A stretch of DNA of 64,000 nt. Source: Gordius albopunctatus (Eukaryota). Shown here in pieces: positions 24,490 through 38,781 of this stretch. Position 1 is the first letter of the stretch. Every line of letters starts with the position of its first letter. The stretch covers positions 4,154,001-4,218,000 of the forward strand of contig OZ193909.1 of the NCBI GenBank assembly GCA_964276515.1. Direction: 5' to 3'. The notes under the pieces are model-generated. The model made no database searches. It was not told the origin of the DNA and saw only the letters and a program-made list of their open reading frames with translations. The position numbers and the translations under genes are program-made.

Positions 24490-25604
24490 AATTAAAAACC
24501 AATATCGACGATTTAGAAATGCATTTACAACATCTTTAGTTTCAGGGGTATATTGCCTGTGTACATAGAGCAACGTTAATCCGGCAAGCCTAAAATTAAG
24601 AATTATTAAAACCATTTAGTTGACCTTTATTGTCCAATTGTGCTTCCAAGATATGTTTGAAGTCTTTTTAGCACTGTAAAACACCGCTCATTAGAGCACG
24701 TTATCACAGGTAAAGTTGCTAATATATGGTAAAGAATTTTAATATTAGGATAAAGATCTAGTTTGGAGGCATGATTGGATAAGGTATCCAATGCATTCCT
24801 AGGTAATATATCTGAATTGGAGTTTTTAAAGGATTAATAACACGATTTAATATCGGATTCAAACTGCTCTTCTGATCCTTCAAGATCATCTTCATAAAAT
24901 TTAGCTAATATTAAAAAATTATTTAATATTTGAGGGGTAAGCTGAACGGGTTCTTTAATAAAGAGGGTATAAAATCCCACAAGTATTTGTTGGTTTTTAA
25001 TTAATCGTTCATCTAATTCAGCTAAAACATAATCCAAAAAGGGATTGTACAATGAGATCCTGTAATAGGCTTCGGGGCATCTTTTCTCTATATTGGACTT
25101 TAATGTTTGAAGGGACGTCCTTCTAGGAATAGTGATGAAAAAATCATTACTCTTTCCAAATGTTGGAACATTGGTAAAAATAAATTTTTACGCAATTCTT
25201 TGATTTGGCAAATAGCATTTTGGGCGGCATACATTGCCTGTGATAAATCAATGTTAATTGTTTGCAAATAGTTGCTAAGATGTATTGTATAAGAAAATAC
25301 TTGATTCAACATAAAGAGGGACACCCAAAATTGGCCTTGTTTCAATGGTGCAAGTAGAATCATTGCATTCGATGATGATTCTACATCATCCCATTCACAA
25401 ATCTTTTCGAGTGTAGTAAAAATGGCTTCCTTAAATTCATAAAATCTTTTGACGGCATTATGCTTTTGTGCCCACCTTGTTTCACAAAGTGTTGTTAATT
25501 TAGAGGATTTTGGATTGGTTGACAGAGATAGCAATAGAGAGTTTAAGAGATTCAATTTTTTCGGCGAAGTTATAAAATCAATAATCTTTTTAATAACACC
25601 TTTT
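24490..25604 (-). pseudogene. hAT transposase fragment, right arm of the inverted pair, including the C-terminal dimerisation region
   Basis: Near-identical to 23630-24479 in reverse; continues with CSNERCFTVLKRLQTYL and RLAGLTLLYVH. Confidence 0.85.
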
Positions 25605-26403
25605 ATAAAAAACAAATTAAATATAAGTGTTTGGTTAACCTGTTCCTCTTCTTCTCTTACTTAATTAGTACTAACATTTTCTAAACTAAATTCTAGAATC
25701 TAAGTGAATTATAATAATTTGTAAATTACTCTGGCTACTACTTTTCTCATTTGAAAAGTTAATTTTTTAGGGAAGTAGTTATAAATGGAAGAATATCGTT
25801 GGCGTCTTATATTAAAATTTCGGAAATGGGAAGGGATGGGAGCTATTTATCTAAAATTTAAATTTCAAAAAAAATTTATAAATTTTGAACATAAAAAATA
25901 GAAAAAGCAACGAAAAACTTAATAACACTTCCAAAATAATTTATGAATTATAATTATCAGTAATATTTGTGTGCAAATACAATATAAAAATTTTATTATT
26001 TTAAACTCATGGGTAGTGTCACAACCTTAAATCATCCTCTTTTATACGCCAATGAGGTTAATAAAAAGACCATTTTTATATTTAGATACAAAGTTTTTGC
26101 CTCCTTTTCATATTGTTTACGCATGTGCATTAAATAATAATAATTAAATCATATCATTATAATAGTTTTAGCATAGTAATCCCTCTAATTTTCCTGTTGA
26201 TAATAAATCTCTTAAATGTATTCTGTACGAGGGAAAAAATCTATTAAATTTATTTTAGTCTTGTTTATAATAAATATTTTATATTATTTTTATGTATATA
26301 AGATATGAAGGACGAAATATAAATATTCTTAAAATCAAATACAAATTGAAAGAGGGAAATCTACACGTTCGTCCTCCTAATGAAACAATTTGTAAGCACT
26401 CTA

Positions 26404-29400
26404 CTAAATTTCGATACGGCCACCATCGGTCAGGAGCAAGCCTTGCCCGGGTTTCAAATTCAAGTATTTCAAGTCAACTTTATCCTTGATTGCATATGTT
26501 CCATTGAGATTTCCAGTCGTTAATATTACAGTTGGAGTGGAATTGGGGATAAAAGTGGGGTGCTCATTATATGGGTAATTTTCGGGGTTTTGACCCAAAT
26601 TGATGATTATATAAAATCTAAAATATACAAGATTTTAAGAAAAATTTATACTAAGCTTTAACCTTAATAATTTAAAATACTTTTGAATTGCATTAGTTTT
26701 ACCATGGGGACGGGTGGGAGAGATCTCCTTAAAATATTATCACACTTACTTAAAGTTTATTAAAAATTTTAACTAAACCTAAAATCTTTTCCGAGTAGAT
26801 TATCACTAATTAAATTAAATCCAAAATAAATTAACTCATCCATAAGATATTATTGAAGCCCTAATAAACACATAATAACTTTGTAAATATTTAAATAAAA
26901 CTCTACTTAATTTAACATCAGAATTAAAATGATTACTGAATTTTTCCTTTGCGACTAAACAAAATAGGTTTTCAGTCATTGGGCCGTATAAAATGTCTTT
27001 ATTATTCCTGAATTCTGGTTGCTTCCTTAGTTGTATCAAAGCACGATAAATGTTAAGGTGAGATAGTGACTGCTTTCTTTGAATCTTAGTGTTCCAATAA
27101 TAAACATATATTTAAAAGCATAATTTCTCTTTATAATCACAGGAAGTGAACAGAGGTGGAGATACATAAAATATTTATGAGTTTATTTTAAAGATTAATT
27201 AAAAAAGTGAGGGAAAAATAAATTTTAAGTATAGGTTAGCTATCATCTAAACTTAGAGAAAAACGCTAAAATTATTTTTAAGTCAAAAATTGTGACAAAA
27301 TTATACAATTTTAAATATTAAATTACTTAAAATAAGATTTTGCATCTAAGGGGGTAATTAGGAATGAGGAAGGAGTGGATTTAAAAATCAAGATGTTTCA
27401 AAAAATTACTTTGGCATGAAAAACTGTTACCTACCATCTCTATAACTTTTTAACAAGTTTCCTAATTCTAGGCATTAACCTATCCAAAGTTGGAAGCCCA
27501 ATTTTAATCAAAATGTTAAGCTTTCTACAAAAATTGAGCTATATAAAATCTGGACAATATAGATTGGGGCATGGGCGCAGCCAGCATTAGGTTTAGAGGG
27601 GGGCAATAATGATTTAGGGAGGGGCAAAATGGTCATTTCTTGAAATTTAGCCATCATTTTATTTAATTTCAACAAATTTTTGGATTTAGAGGGCGAAGCT
27701 GTCCCTCCCTGCCCCCCCCCCTTTGATAGGCTCATGGATTAGGGCATTATGCCATTTAAACCTAGTATATTATGAATTCTGTTAATTTTGAAAAGAAGGA
27801 TTGATATTATGAGTTTGATAATAACAAACTTCGACATTGCGGGTAATGTAATCGGGGTTAACTGGAAGCCAGCTTTTGTTCGCTGTGATGAATCCCGACA
27901 TGTGGCTTGAATCCCATTGCATAGGAGATCTTTGAGGATCGCGACTAAACATTTTATAACGTTCCTAAATTATATAACGCATAGAATTATCAAAATTTCA
28001 ATTATAAAATGAGGAACTAAAATGAGAAAGCATAAACATTTGTTACATGGGCGTAGCCGAGGGGGTGGGGCAGGGAGGTGCAGCTGCCCCCTCTTCCAAA
28101 TATTTGTTGAAATTTATTAAAATTATGTCTAATTTTCAAAAATCATTATTACCCCCCCTAATTATATATTTTCTAAATGTTCAAGAATCTAAATAGTTTG
28201 AAAGCAATGAAAGATTAAAAATTTCTTTTTATAAAAATATATGTATATCAAATTTTTTGTTAATATTTGCCCCATGGATCTTGAGTGTCTTCGTAAGATA
28301 TTTCAACATCAAACATACCCAACTCGTCACCATAATATACATGCGGTGTCCCTAATCAATAAAAATTATTTTATAGACTAATGATTAAATGAAAAAATTA
28401 AAAGTTTTGAAAACTCTATTCAATTACTACCCCACTCTTTAAATGTTATTCAAATTAATATTAAAAATCTAGCAGTTTTCTAACCCCCTTATCTTAAAGT
28501 GAAATTTAAAAATAATTTAGTTAATATGCCGTTTGAACGTTTATAATACAATAGTTTCAAAACCATTTGTTTGAAACATGGGCGGCCCTCCCTATAAATT
28601 TAAAAATTTGTAAAAATTTATTAAAATTACGGCTAAAATTTCAAAAAATATTCATTTTGCCCCTCCCTAAATCATTATTGCCCCCCTCTAATTTTAATGC
28701 TATGCCCATGGTATGAAAAATTCATTCTCAAAAATTTACTATGTTTTTGTCCAATTTCGAAATTATGTAGAAAAATTTTGTTACCTGGTAGTAAAAAAAT
28801 CAACATATGAATGGCGTCAACAATATTTCTCCTACTCGAAATGTCAATCGATTGTTATCGTGGTTGCCTATCTAAAATAAATTCACTATACTCAGAATTT
28901 AAATGCAAAAATAACGTAAACACATTTTAATTTTTAAATTGGTGAAAAAGCCGATCATATATGGGCAATTCAAACAGGCAGATAAAATTCAATATCAAAT
29001 TTGATTGATAAAAAATATCAGCCTGATCATTATTACCTACTCATTGAATGACAAAATTTACTAATCGCAATACGTAGAGAGGATAAAACAATAAAGCTTA
29101 ATTGCTTTTTTTAATCAATCAAAGGATAAGCAAGGGGAGGGGGGGGGCAGAAGGGAAATCCATTATTTTTGCTATATTTTGTAAAATTATGTTAAAAATC
29201 TTATAAAGTCGTCATTTTATTTCTCTACCTTTTAGCTTCTTTTAAAATGAATAAGAATTGATTTAGAACCATTTTAAAAGAAGCTTTAATTTTTAATTAC
29301 CCCACCCAATCGGGCCAGCGATCTCTTGTCATATATTTCATCCAGGATTCAACGTAGTTGGCAGAGTCAGTAGCATTACTTCGAGAATTAATTCCAAATA

Positions 29401-32400
29401 TACCGAAATTAAATGGCATATCAATGTTCGATTTCTCGTAATATTCTTGCGCCATTTCGGGTGATACATAAGCTTCGCTCACAATCATCCTAAAATGAAA
29501 GTCATTATTTTGCATCCAACCCTATCCAATATTAAGATCATTAATAAGCCAGATTACAGCTACTGGACGTATAGCCGGGAAGGTGAGGGCGGTTAGGATG
29601 GCCAACATGCCCCCCCCCCTAAATCCAAAAATTCTTAATAAACTAAAGATTAAAGGGTTCAATACGCCCCCATGCTATCATATAGCTTATTATTATTTTT
29701 CGTCCTGATATAATTGTGACTTAGAATTAGAATGCGACATTAGAACGAGTTATATACTCTTGCAATGTATTTATTAGCTAATTTTTATAGGAAGTATATA
29801 CTCAAAATGCGTGTTTTGTCAATAAATCATATGAAATTAAATTTTTACGTAAAATGATCCGGTGGTTTTTCGTAACTTTTGACCAAATCACTGAATTCCT
29901 TAAGAACCGAAAACATTTTCGGTTGTTGGTTGGTGTAAATATGCTTCAGATAATTACTTTCACCCTGCAATATTTCAACGAATCAATCAAATAAATTATG
30001 ATAACTTTTTTTACATGTAAAACTAAAATATTATAATAATTTTCAAAAGTTATATAAAAACGACTTTTCGGGCGAAATTATAGCATATACTAAAATAATA
30101 CAAAAGACAGGCTATTAATTAACTGATAATAATTAAATAAGGAGTAGAGCATTTCAATTTCCTGAAAAAGTCAATGTTAAACTTACATCCCTTAAAATGT
30201 TCTTTTTCCCAATATCTACGATTCTTAATTTTTTAATTTATTTATCTCACCTTCACAAAATATGTAATTCTCTTTACAAAAATAATAAATGAGATATACA
30301 TTATTGGAAAAAAAACATTAGAATTAAAAACTTACTCAAAATGGCGGCGGCCTTAGTTACTAAATAAATTTAGACGCAAAAATCAGCTGTTTACCAGTCT
30401 ATAATATCATTAGTCTACATGGGCGTAGCCAGCGTTGGAATTAGAGACAAATTTTTGGATTTAGGGGGAGGGGGGCAGCCGCCCCTCCCTGCCCCCCCCC
30501 TTGGCTACGCTCATGTTAGTCTATGAGATAATATAGAAGAAATTACAGGTTTGGCGTTTGGATCCAAACTTCTAGGTTCATCCAAAAAACGTTGATCTTC
30601 AATTAAATTTATCACTGCGTCATATCGCATCCCATCCACTCCTAAATCCATCCAAAATTTGATCACTTTCTAAATTAAAACATAATACATTTCAAACAAA
30701 ACTATAATGAGACTATGCTAGTGTTGTAAAAACGGGTGGGTTTTGCTTGGTCGACCTTTGGTTTTAGTCGACTAAACATAAAGAGACCAAAGAGTTTTTC
30801 GTCTATTTTTCTTAGGGCTTGTCTTAATATCGGATTCAGATTCAAATCGCGCGAATTTATCTTTGTCTAAATATCCGATTCCATTTTATGGGTCAAACTT
30901 GGTTTTATTTATTAATATTTTGTTTTTTGATAGTTAAAAACGTTTTTTTGTTTATTTAAACTCTTGAGGTTAAATCTAAACTTTGCTGATCCCTAAAAAT
31001 TTTAAAACAACATTTAAGCGCGGGAAATAATTTGCATCTTCCAAAATCGCTGTTATGTTATGCGTCTGAAATGTAAATCTGCTGTGAATTCGTAGTTAAG
31101 ACACGGCTATGTTACAACTCGTACGACATCCGGTATTAAGACAAACGCTTAGTCGGATTAAAAGATCAGAGGTTTTTGGTGAAACCTTTGGTGTATCTAA
31201 GTTTAGTCGACTAAAACCAAAGGTCGACCAGGCAAACCCTCTCAGCCGTTTTCACAACACTAGACTTTGCCTTAATGAGGGATATTTAAAGCAAAACCTT
31301 TGTATTTTGATGTAAGAGACGTTGACACAAAGATGAGGAGGGTACGGGAAAGCAAAGAGTTCACTACTTTTTTTAAATTTATAAATTTGTCATAATAAAA
31401 TTAGAAATATAATTTCAAAATTATAATTTTAGTCCTCCCTAAACTATTACCAAATTTTTGCCGGTCCCTAATACAAATGGTGGCTAAGCTAACTTAAAAT
31501 ACAAAAAAAATCATTGATGCATTGTATTTTTTATTATAAATTAGCAGATGCTTAGGTTTAAACTGAGTGAGATGTTATTATTATTACATATTTAATATAT
31601 AAATACTTTGAGTTCACTCTTGGAACTTTCAAGGTAATCAAAATCTAAGCTCTAATTTGAACCTTTTTTGCCTGTGATAATACTGCACTAAATTTTTCAG
31701 GTCAGCATCTAAACTTCTTTACCGCTATTTCAAATTTAAAGGAGCATTTTAGGCGCCTCATTGGCAAATTACATTTAAAAGCGTATAACATCATACTTTC
31801 ATTTCCTCTAGCACTGGAGCAAATTCGTAATTTAGATCTGGTTGTGACTTCAAAAATGCGTGGTAGTTCCACTGGCCCCTCTCTTCATACCAGCTCCACG
31901 AACTGTGCCCGAACACGCTAAGCTAATGTAAATTATAGGCGGGCAAAATTAAATCGAATCATCTTACATCTTAGCGCTTGTCTTAATATCGGATTTTGCT
32001 GCGCAGCAAAAATCGTCCTACGAGTTATAACATAGCCGTGTCTTAACTTCGAATTCACGGCAGATTTGCATGTCAGACGCATAACATAACAGCGATTTTG
32101 TAAGTTGCAAAATATTTCATAAGCTTAAATGTTGTATGTTTTTAAATTTTTAGGTATCAGCGAAGCTTAGATTTAATCTGAAGAGTTGAAATAAACAAAA
32201 AAACGTTTTTAACTATCAAAAAACAAAATATTAATAATTGCAACCGAGTTTGACCCATAAAACCTAATCGGATATTTAGACAAAAATAAACTCGCGCGAT
32301 TTGAATCTGAATCCGATATTAAGACAAGCCCTTAGGTTTAAAACCTTAACTTTTGCAACATATTAGTAAACACTTTATATAAAGTAGTAAATTATATTTA

Positions 32401-35400
32401 GAATTCTTTTATTTAACACTTGCCTATTAGATTTAAATATGAAATTAATTATGGCCATGTTGAGAATAGGCTTTTAGGCTAAAAAGCTGCAATGTCTCAA
32501 GTTTTTTAGACTAAAAATACTTTTATATCCTATCAGGCCAACTGATAACAAGTTATTAATACGGCTTATAATAACATAAAATCTGCTTTATCTGGATTTA
32601 TTTTCATAAAGTAATCTCAATCAGTGTTTATATAGAAGTGTAAAGGGTAAGCAAAATAATATTCACCACTTATGAAACCTCCACATATTGTACACAACCT
32701 AGATTTTCATCCAATCCAATAAACTTTATATTCAGAATAAACCATTCACAAGCTTTATAAATAATATTATTTTTTTATAAAGAGATAACTAAAACATATT
32801 TAATAAATTTTCGAAAGTGTGAACCTCCTTTTTTCGATGTATGCCATTTACATACATGAAAAAATTTTAATATAAAATATTTTTTGTAAAATGGGCTTGA
32901 TCAAAAGTTTTAATTGCAAATTATACCCAATTATTAGGTGGGACTGATGAATTGCCATCACGCCATACATAATAATCTGTGTAGGGGGGTTGCCGCCTGA
33001 GAGAAGCTTCAAACCAAGGATGCATGTCGCTTGAATGGTTCGGGACAAAATCCATTATTATGTGTAAGCCTTTGTAAAGTTTGTTTAAAAAATCAAAAAT
33101 TATTATTTTGTCAAAAATTTCTTGCCTACCTTTCAAGAATAATTGAATTAAATATTAACGCTTTTCAAACATGCAATCTTCATAGCAGTGTTGTAAAAGC
33201 GGATGGGTTTTGTCTGGCCGACCTTTGGATTTAGTCGACTAAACATAAATAGACCAAAGATTACGGTCTGTTATTCTTAGTCGACCTCAAGACTTGGTCT
33301 AAATTTGAAAAAGAGACCAGAAGCGACCGTTAGTCTTAGGGCTTGTCTTAATATCGGATTTTGCTGCGCAGAAAAAATCGTTGTACGGGTTATAACATAG
33401 ACGTGTCTAAACCTCGAATTCACAGCAGATTTACATTTCAGACGCATAACATAACAGCGATTAATCTCAAGAGTTGAAATAAACAAAAAAAAACGGTTTT
33501 AACTACCAAAAAACAAAATATTAATAATTACAACCGAGTTTGACACATGAAATTGAATCTGATATTTGATAAAGATAAATTCGCGCCATTTGAATCTGAA
33601 TCCGATGCCATTTTAACAACACTACTTCATAGCATACAGATCTTAAATATAATGAATGCTATTTGTGTCCTTAAATTAACTAGTTTAATGCGCTAATTAA
33701 TTTAAAGTTAAATAAGTTAATGTCATTAAACTATAGCATATAAAACGAATGCAAATTTTAAATTTTTAAGGAATTATTATCAGAGATACATTGTTGAGAA
33801 ATAATCAAACAACAGGCAAGGCTCCTCAACCCAAAAAATAGATAATTTTCAATACAAGTTTGGCCAGAAATATGAGAAATTTATTATTGTCATCCTCCCG
33901 AGTTATCTAAAGCTCTGTGGAATAACCATAGACTGCCGAACAGCTGATATTTTTTCAGTGAGTATAGAAACCGCCATTTTGTGGGGAATTGCAACCAAAC
34001 AATAGAAGTTAACATAATTTATTGCTTTAATTTACCTATTTTTTTATTTTTATTTATAAATTAAGCTAATTGTCTTATTTATTTTCTTAAATATTATATG
34101 GTGGAGAAGTATAAATATACCCGTGGTTGAGATTTTGCTCCAAAATGGGAGGTATAATAATGTCTGCATTATTTTAATAGTAAAAATCAGCTGTGCGGCA
34201 GTCTATGGTTTAGTAGTCTATGGGAATCAGAGACCAGATTGCTCGGCCCTGCCGGCCCACTGTCTTAAATTTTTAGTTTCGGGCGGGCCCGGGCGAGCGG
34301 CACGAAGATAGGATTCGGGCATAATAAGATTTTTTAAATAGTGTATTATTTTGTTACTTTTTATTTTATTGCATATTAAAATGGTAAAAAAGTTAAGAAA
34401 CTTGATTTCGCCATCACAAAGTTTCTCCAATTAACCTTTATCATTCGTCGCTTTCGCTAAGTTACTACTTATTTTCTTGATAAAAAATTTCTATACCTTT
34501 CTTTTTTGCTTTAAGTTAGAAGAATTATCCATAAATTGCATTTAAATTCGATTGATAAATTATTGTCTTTTTATCAAAAAAGTAAGTTTTAACAGAGCAC
34601 AGATTGACTAATTAAACTAATTTTATTCATTAAGAAGTTTATTTATGGCCAGGGCAAACGAGTTAACTCAAAAGGGGACTATAATTTTGTTTATCGTAAT
34701 ATTATTTATTAAATATGTAAACTTTAAACTTAATTAAAAATTGCTGCATAAATATTTTCATGGACTTGTTTTATTAAATATGACATTAATTTAATGCTTA
34801 TTTTTTAATTGTGGTTGAAAGAATTTGAGATCGCAAAATTTCGGGTCTAACAGGCAAATTTAATATTTCGGGCCGGGCAGTTCGGGCAGCTTTAATGTTT
34901 GGGGCGGGCCCGGGCGGGCACCTAGAAGGTTCGGGTGGGCTCGGGCGGGCAATGAAGTTAAAAATTGAACCGGGCCGGGTTCGGGCATAAAATTCCTAAC
35001 AAATCTGACCTCTGATGGGAATAACATAATAGTAACCTCGCTTATGTGCTTCCTTGAGAAGAGCCTTGAAGTCTTCCATGGTGCCAAACAAGGGATCAAT
35101 TTGGGTAAAATTAAATATGTCGTAACCGAAATCTTTCATAGGCGATTTGTACATGGGGCTAATCCATATCGTTTCAATTCCCAAATCGTTGAAATAATGC
35201 AACCTCTTTATAATGCCTTAAATTAATATAAAGACGCAGCTATTTACAGGAATATATATTCTTTTCTTAATAAAATAGTGTAAACTTACATGTAAACTAC
35301 CAAATAAAAGAGCGTTGACACTAAAAATGATGGTCTCTAGGTCCTTGGGCGAAGCCAGCATTGGAATTAGAGGGGGGGTCAAAAATTATTTTCAAATTTT

Positions 35401-35786
35401 TAGCCATAATTTTGATAAATTTTAACATTTTTTTGGATTTAGAGGGCCTCCCGCCTCTTGGCTATGCCATTCTCTAGGTGTTAAAATATTATGAAATATC
35501 ACCAAAGCATCTCATTTGCGAGTCAAAAAGGTCTTGGGCTATTTTATTCCCACAGATTTTTTTAAATATAAGCTTAATAGATTCAATCAATTTTTTTAAA
35601 TTTTTTGCAAAAATCATGTATATTTAATGTCTGACCCACAATGTATCCGACCCCATCTCCGTTGCTGTCCTGAAAGGATCGTGGGTAAACTTGGTAAGAA
35701 ACCGTGTCCCTCCACCATTCTGGATATTGGGAATAACATATTCCAGAGGAATAATCAATTATTAAAAATGTTGTTATTAATATCAT
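26404..35786 (-). CDS. GH13 alpha-glucosidase/maltase-like gene, ~12 exons, apparently disrupted (possible pseudogene)
   Basis: Exons 35786-35636, 35216-35037, 33069-32927, 31922-31797, 30669-30547, 29964-29849, 29489-~29303, 28871-28785, 28351-~28271, 27964-27830, 27084-~26936, 26617-26404. Motifs: [42 protein letters not shown] (nucleophile), [26 protein letters not shown]. Confidence 0.85.
30418..30515. mobile_element. hAT-type MITE family A (CATGGGCGTAGCC TIRs)
   Basis: 8-bp TSD TTAGTCTA. Related copies near 950, 27570, 28046, 28578, 29565, 35344, 36256, 36552, 55223 and 61977. Confidence 0.8.
30719..31262. mobile_element. hAT-type MITE family B (TAGTGTTG TIRs) with a nested Harbinger MITE
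   Basis: TAGTGTTGTAAAAACGG...CCGTTTTCACAACACTA, TSD GACTATGC/GACTTTGC; nested element 30815-31148. Family copies also near 1676, 33187, 50206, 51030, 60913, 63282 and 63600. Confidence 0.8.
31974..32331. mobile_element. PIF/Harbinger (Tourist-like) MITE
   Basis: TIR G(G/C)GCTTGTCTTAATATCGGATT, TTA TSD. Confidence 0.85.
33187..33623. mobile_element. MITE family B with a nested truncated Harbinger MITE
   Basis: 8-bp TSD CTTCATAG; nested GGGCTTGTCTTAATATCGG from ~33339. Confidence 0.75.
33926..34208. mobile_element. MITE with ~23-bp TIRs
   Basis: CCATAGACTGCCGAACAGCTGAT ... ATCAGCTGTGCGGCAGTCTATGG. Confidence 0.7.
34228..35014. mobile_element. hAT-type MITE family D (CAGAGACCAGA TIRs, CGGGC subterminal repeats)
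   Basis: 8-bp TSD ATGGGAAT at 34220-34227 and 35015-35022. Confidence 0.85.
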
Positions 35787-36435
35787 GGATTCGGGCTAAA
35801 ACTTAAAAAACGAGAGATAACTAGACGCAGAATTTTTATGGCTTCACTTCAGCGAGATCGATCGATATTATTAGTATTTGGAACAAATATCCTTTTGCTA
35901 CAACTTTAAGCCTTGCGTCTCTATAATTTTTTCAAAAATCATTTTTCTTGAGCACCGTTATAATATTTTTGCAATGAGTAAGAAAAATTTAACCTTCTTT
36001 GTCATCTAAATTATTAAGCGGTATTAATATATATTTGCTGAGTAACGCTGGATTTAATATTGTTGAAACATGTTAATGACTTAGAAAAACACCTTCGCTT
36101 ATGATTCTAGTTTTATATCGACTAAAGGTATACTATGTGCCAATTCCTAGAATTTGAGTTTTAATTCTTAGTTATTGATGGTAGAATATTTTTTGTATTT
36201 TACACTTATACGCACTTTATATAAATTTAGTAAAAATCATAAAGCAATTCTATATATGGGTGTAACCAGCATTAGCATTAAGAGGGGGGGGGGCAATAAT
36301 GATTTAGGAGGGGCAAGGTGTTAATTTTTTTGAAAATTTAACCATATTTTAAATATTTTGGATTTAGAGGAAGGGCAGCCACCTCCCCTACCTCCCTCTC
36401 GTTACGCCCATGATTTTTTATGACTAGTTCTAAAG

Positions 36436-37116
36436 CACTTCTGTGCAAAATGTAATATGTGCAAAATGTAATATAGGCAAGGGTTAGGGTTAGATTTAGT
36501 GATTTATTTGATAATATGTATTTATTTATAAAATAGTATTATACATTTTGACATGGGCGTAGGCAGGGGGGGCGGCCGCCCCCCCTTGAATGAGAATTTT
36601 TCTATTTTTTAATGTAAATTTATGTAAAAATTGGAAAAAATTAGTGTTTCGCCCCCCCCCCCTGATTGAAATTAAGTTTTATGTTGAAAATTTTATTTCA
36701 CGACCTTTTGACGCAAATTTAAATTATATAAGAATTAAATATTGAGATTAGTAGTTGCGTTTGTGTTAGTTCCTTCATACATCGTTTACATATCCTCTGT
36801 ACACTGTACTGTTGATTAATAGTGAGTTTTTATGTGGGTTGAAGCCAAAGAATAGCAAAATATTTTAATTACTAACGTTAAATCGACCTTTTTTTTTTTT
36901 GCTCTCACTTAGTCTCGGCGATTTTTTTTGCTCGCCCCCCCCCTGATCCGAAAGCTGGCTACGCCCATGCATTTTGATATAACTTATTTTGTTTCAATTA
37001 ACAATTATAGTATCCTTCTATTACGTAGTTTTTTAGTACATATTACATGCGTATGAATATGCGTGAAAACCGGTCTCAATTTCTAAAATGCGAATATTAC
37101 ATTTTGCACCAGATTC
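36436..37116. mobile_element. Mutator-like MITE containing a nested family-A MITE (36552-36969)
   Basis: 9-bp TSD GTTCTAAAG; subterminal IR GTGCAAAATGTAATA/TATTACATTTTGCAC; the nested element has an 8-bp TSD CATTTTGA. Confidence 0.7.
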
Positions 37117-38781
37117 GTTCTAAAGCATTTAAAGAGAATTCGCGTAATAAATGGGCTTGAAAATAAAATGCATTTAACATCGAGCCTATTTTTCTAACCA
37201 ATTATCAGAGTAGGATTCTAAATTAATCCTATTTGGATTGGCGGAGTTTACCATTTCTCAATATTCCTTGTCTATAATCATTTTTATAATCATTACTCTC
37301 ATTTTTTTAGTAAATAAATATGTTAAAAATATTTTAAGGCAATAATTTAAGTTATGATTCAAAAATTACAGATTTTAATCTATTTATACGTAACAAGTTA
37401 ATAGATAAATAACTTGCAGTAGAAATATTTAATTCATTAAATTTATGATAATTCATAGTTAAGGCTCGATTCTGGACTCACTTAAAATACCAACACCGAG
37501 GGATAAATAATTTAACCAAAGTATATTTTTGAAAATCATCATATTTATTAAACCTCCTCTATTATTCTGAAATAAGAAATAAATTGTAAAAAAATCAGGG
37601 AAATTTGTAAAAACACGTGTACAAAATATCTCGTGAATTACTCGCGCTCGAGGCTATAGAGGGTATAAAAGCTTTTAAATTTAAGCAAGCCTCTAGCGGA
37701 GAGTAGATTGTACATTTATCGATTATAGTGGAAAAAGCGCGAATGCGTCGCCAAAAAAATCGCTAAAATGACAAAATAGCTGAGGAAATACACATAGAAA
37801 CTGAAACACCCACCTGTTTTCAATTTTTTAAATGAAAATACCTTTATTGGCTAGAGATAATACATATCATGTAGTATACACAAGGGAATATAAAATAAAA
37901 CTGAAAGTGAGCCCATAATATTCATAAGGTTCATCAATGGCCAAAGCTCATGTGTCAGCGAAAGCTTTATAGTTGTACTACAATCTATAAATGTCAATTT
38001 TTCATACAAAATTAAACTATGATAGTATTTGGATCCAAGAAATCCATTCCTAGCGTTTAAAAAAGCCAATGCTTTCTTGGCAAAAGCAGCGGGACAGGAA
38101 GCCATTATGTGGATAAAATTTTCGAAGAACTAAAGATGTAACTTAATCATTTTAAATAATATTTGTTTAAAAAAATTAATATCTCTAAAAATTATATTAC
38201 ACCTCTTTAACCAATTTTCAAGCATTTCTACAATATTTTTATCGCTCACTGCAAAATCGAATGAATTTAGTAGACGCGTTCAAAAAGTCACTAGTTTTTT
38301 ATAACAGCCAAACGAAATGCTATGCTGGACGTCTTAACAAAATAATGCGCTTGATGCACAATTTTAAGGGAATAATATTGTGTTAATTTGCAGTTTTAAG
38401 TGAGTAAAAATTATGAAAGCCGAAAGCCTAATTTTTATAAGCAGGTATAATAAAAGTTAGTTTTATAAACTAAACTTTATACTAAAGGCTTTAATTAACA
38501 TAATTTTGTGATTTATCAAATATGATATTGCAACTAAATTATCTATTAAGTTATATGATAAAAGATCTCTCCAAACTTTATTTAGTGATATGGGTAATAC
38601 TTGATAAGTAAAATGAAGCATCAAATAAATATTAAGATGCTATTACAATAAAATTATGGTACAATTTGTAGTTGTACCCCATTTACAAGTATTTACATAT
38701 TTACAAATGTTCCTTTTAATACATTATATATCTATTTTTAATGCTTGTGAATTGTATAATAGAAAAAATATTAATTTAAAA

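Noticed and set aside
36478..36495. TTAGGG telomere-like repeats
   Set aside because: Only about two units, inside a MITE.
37851..38105. 84-aa ORF
   Set aside because: No homology signal or splice context.
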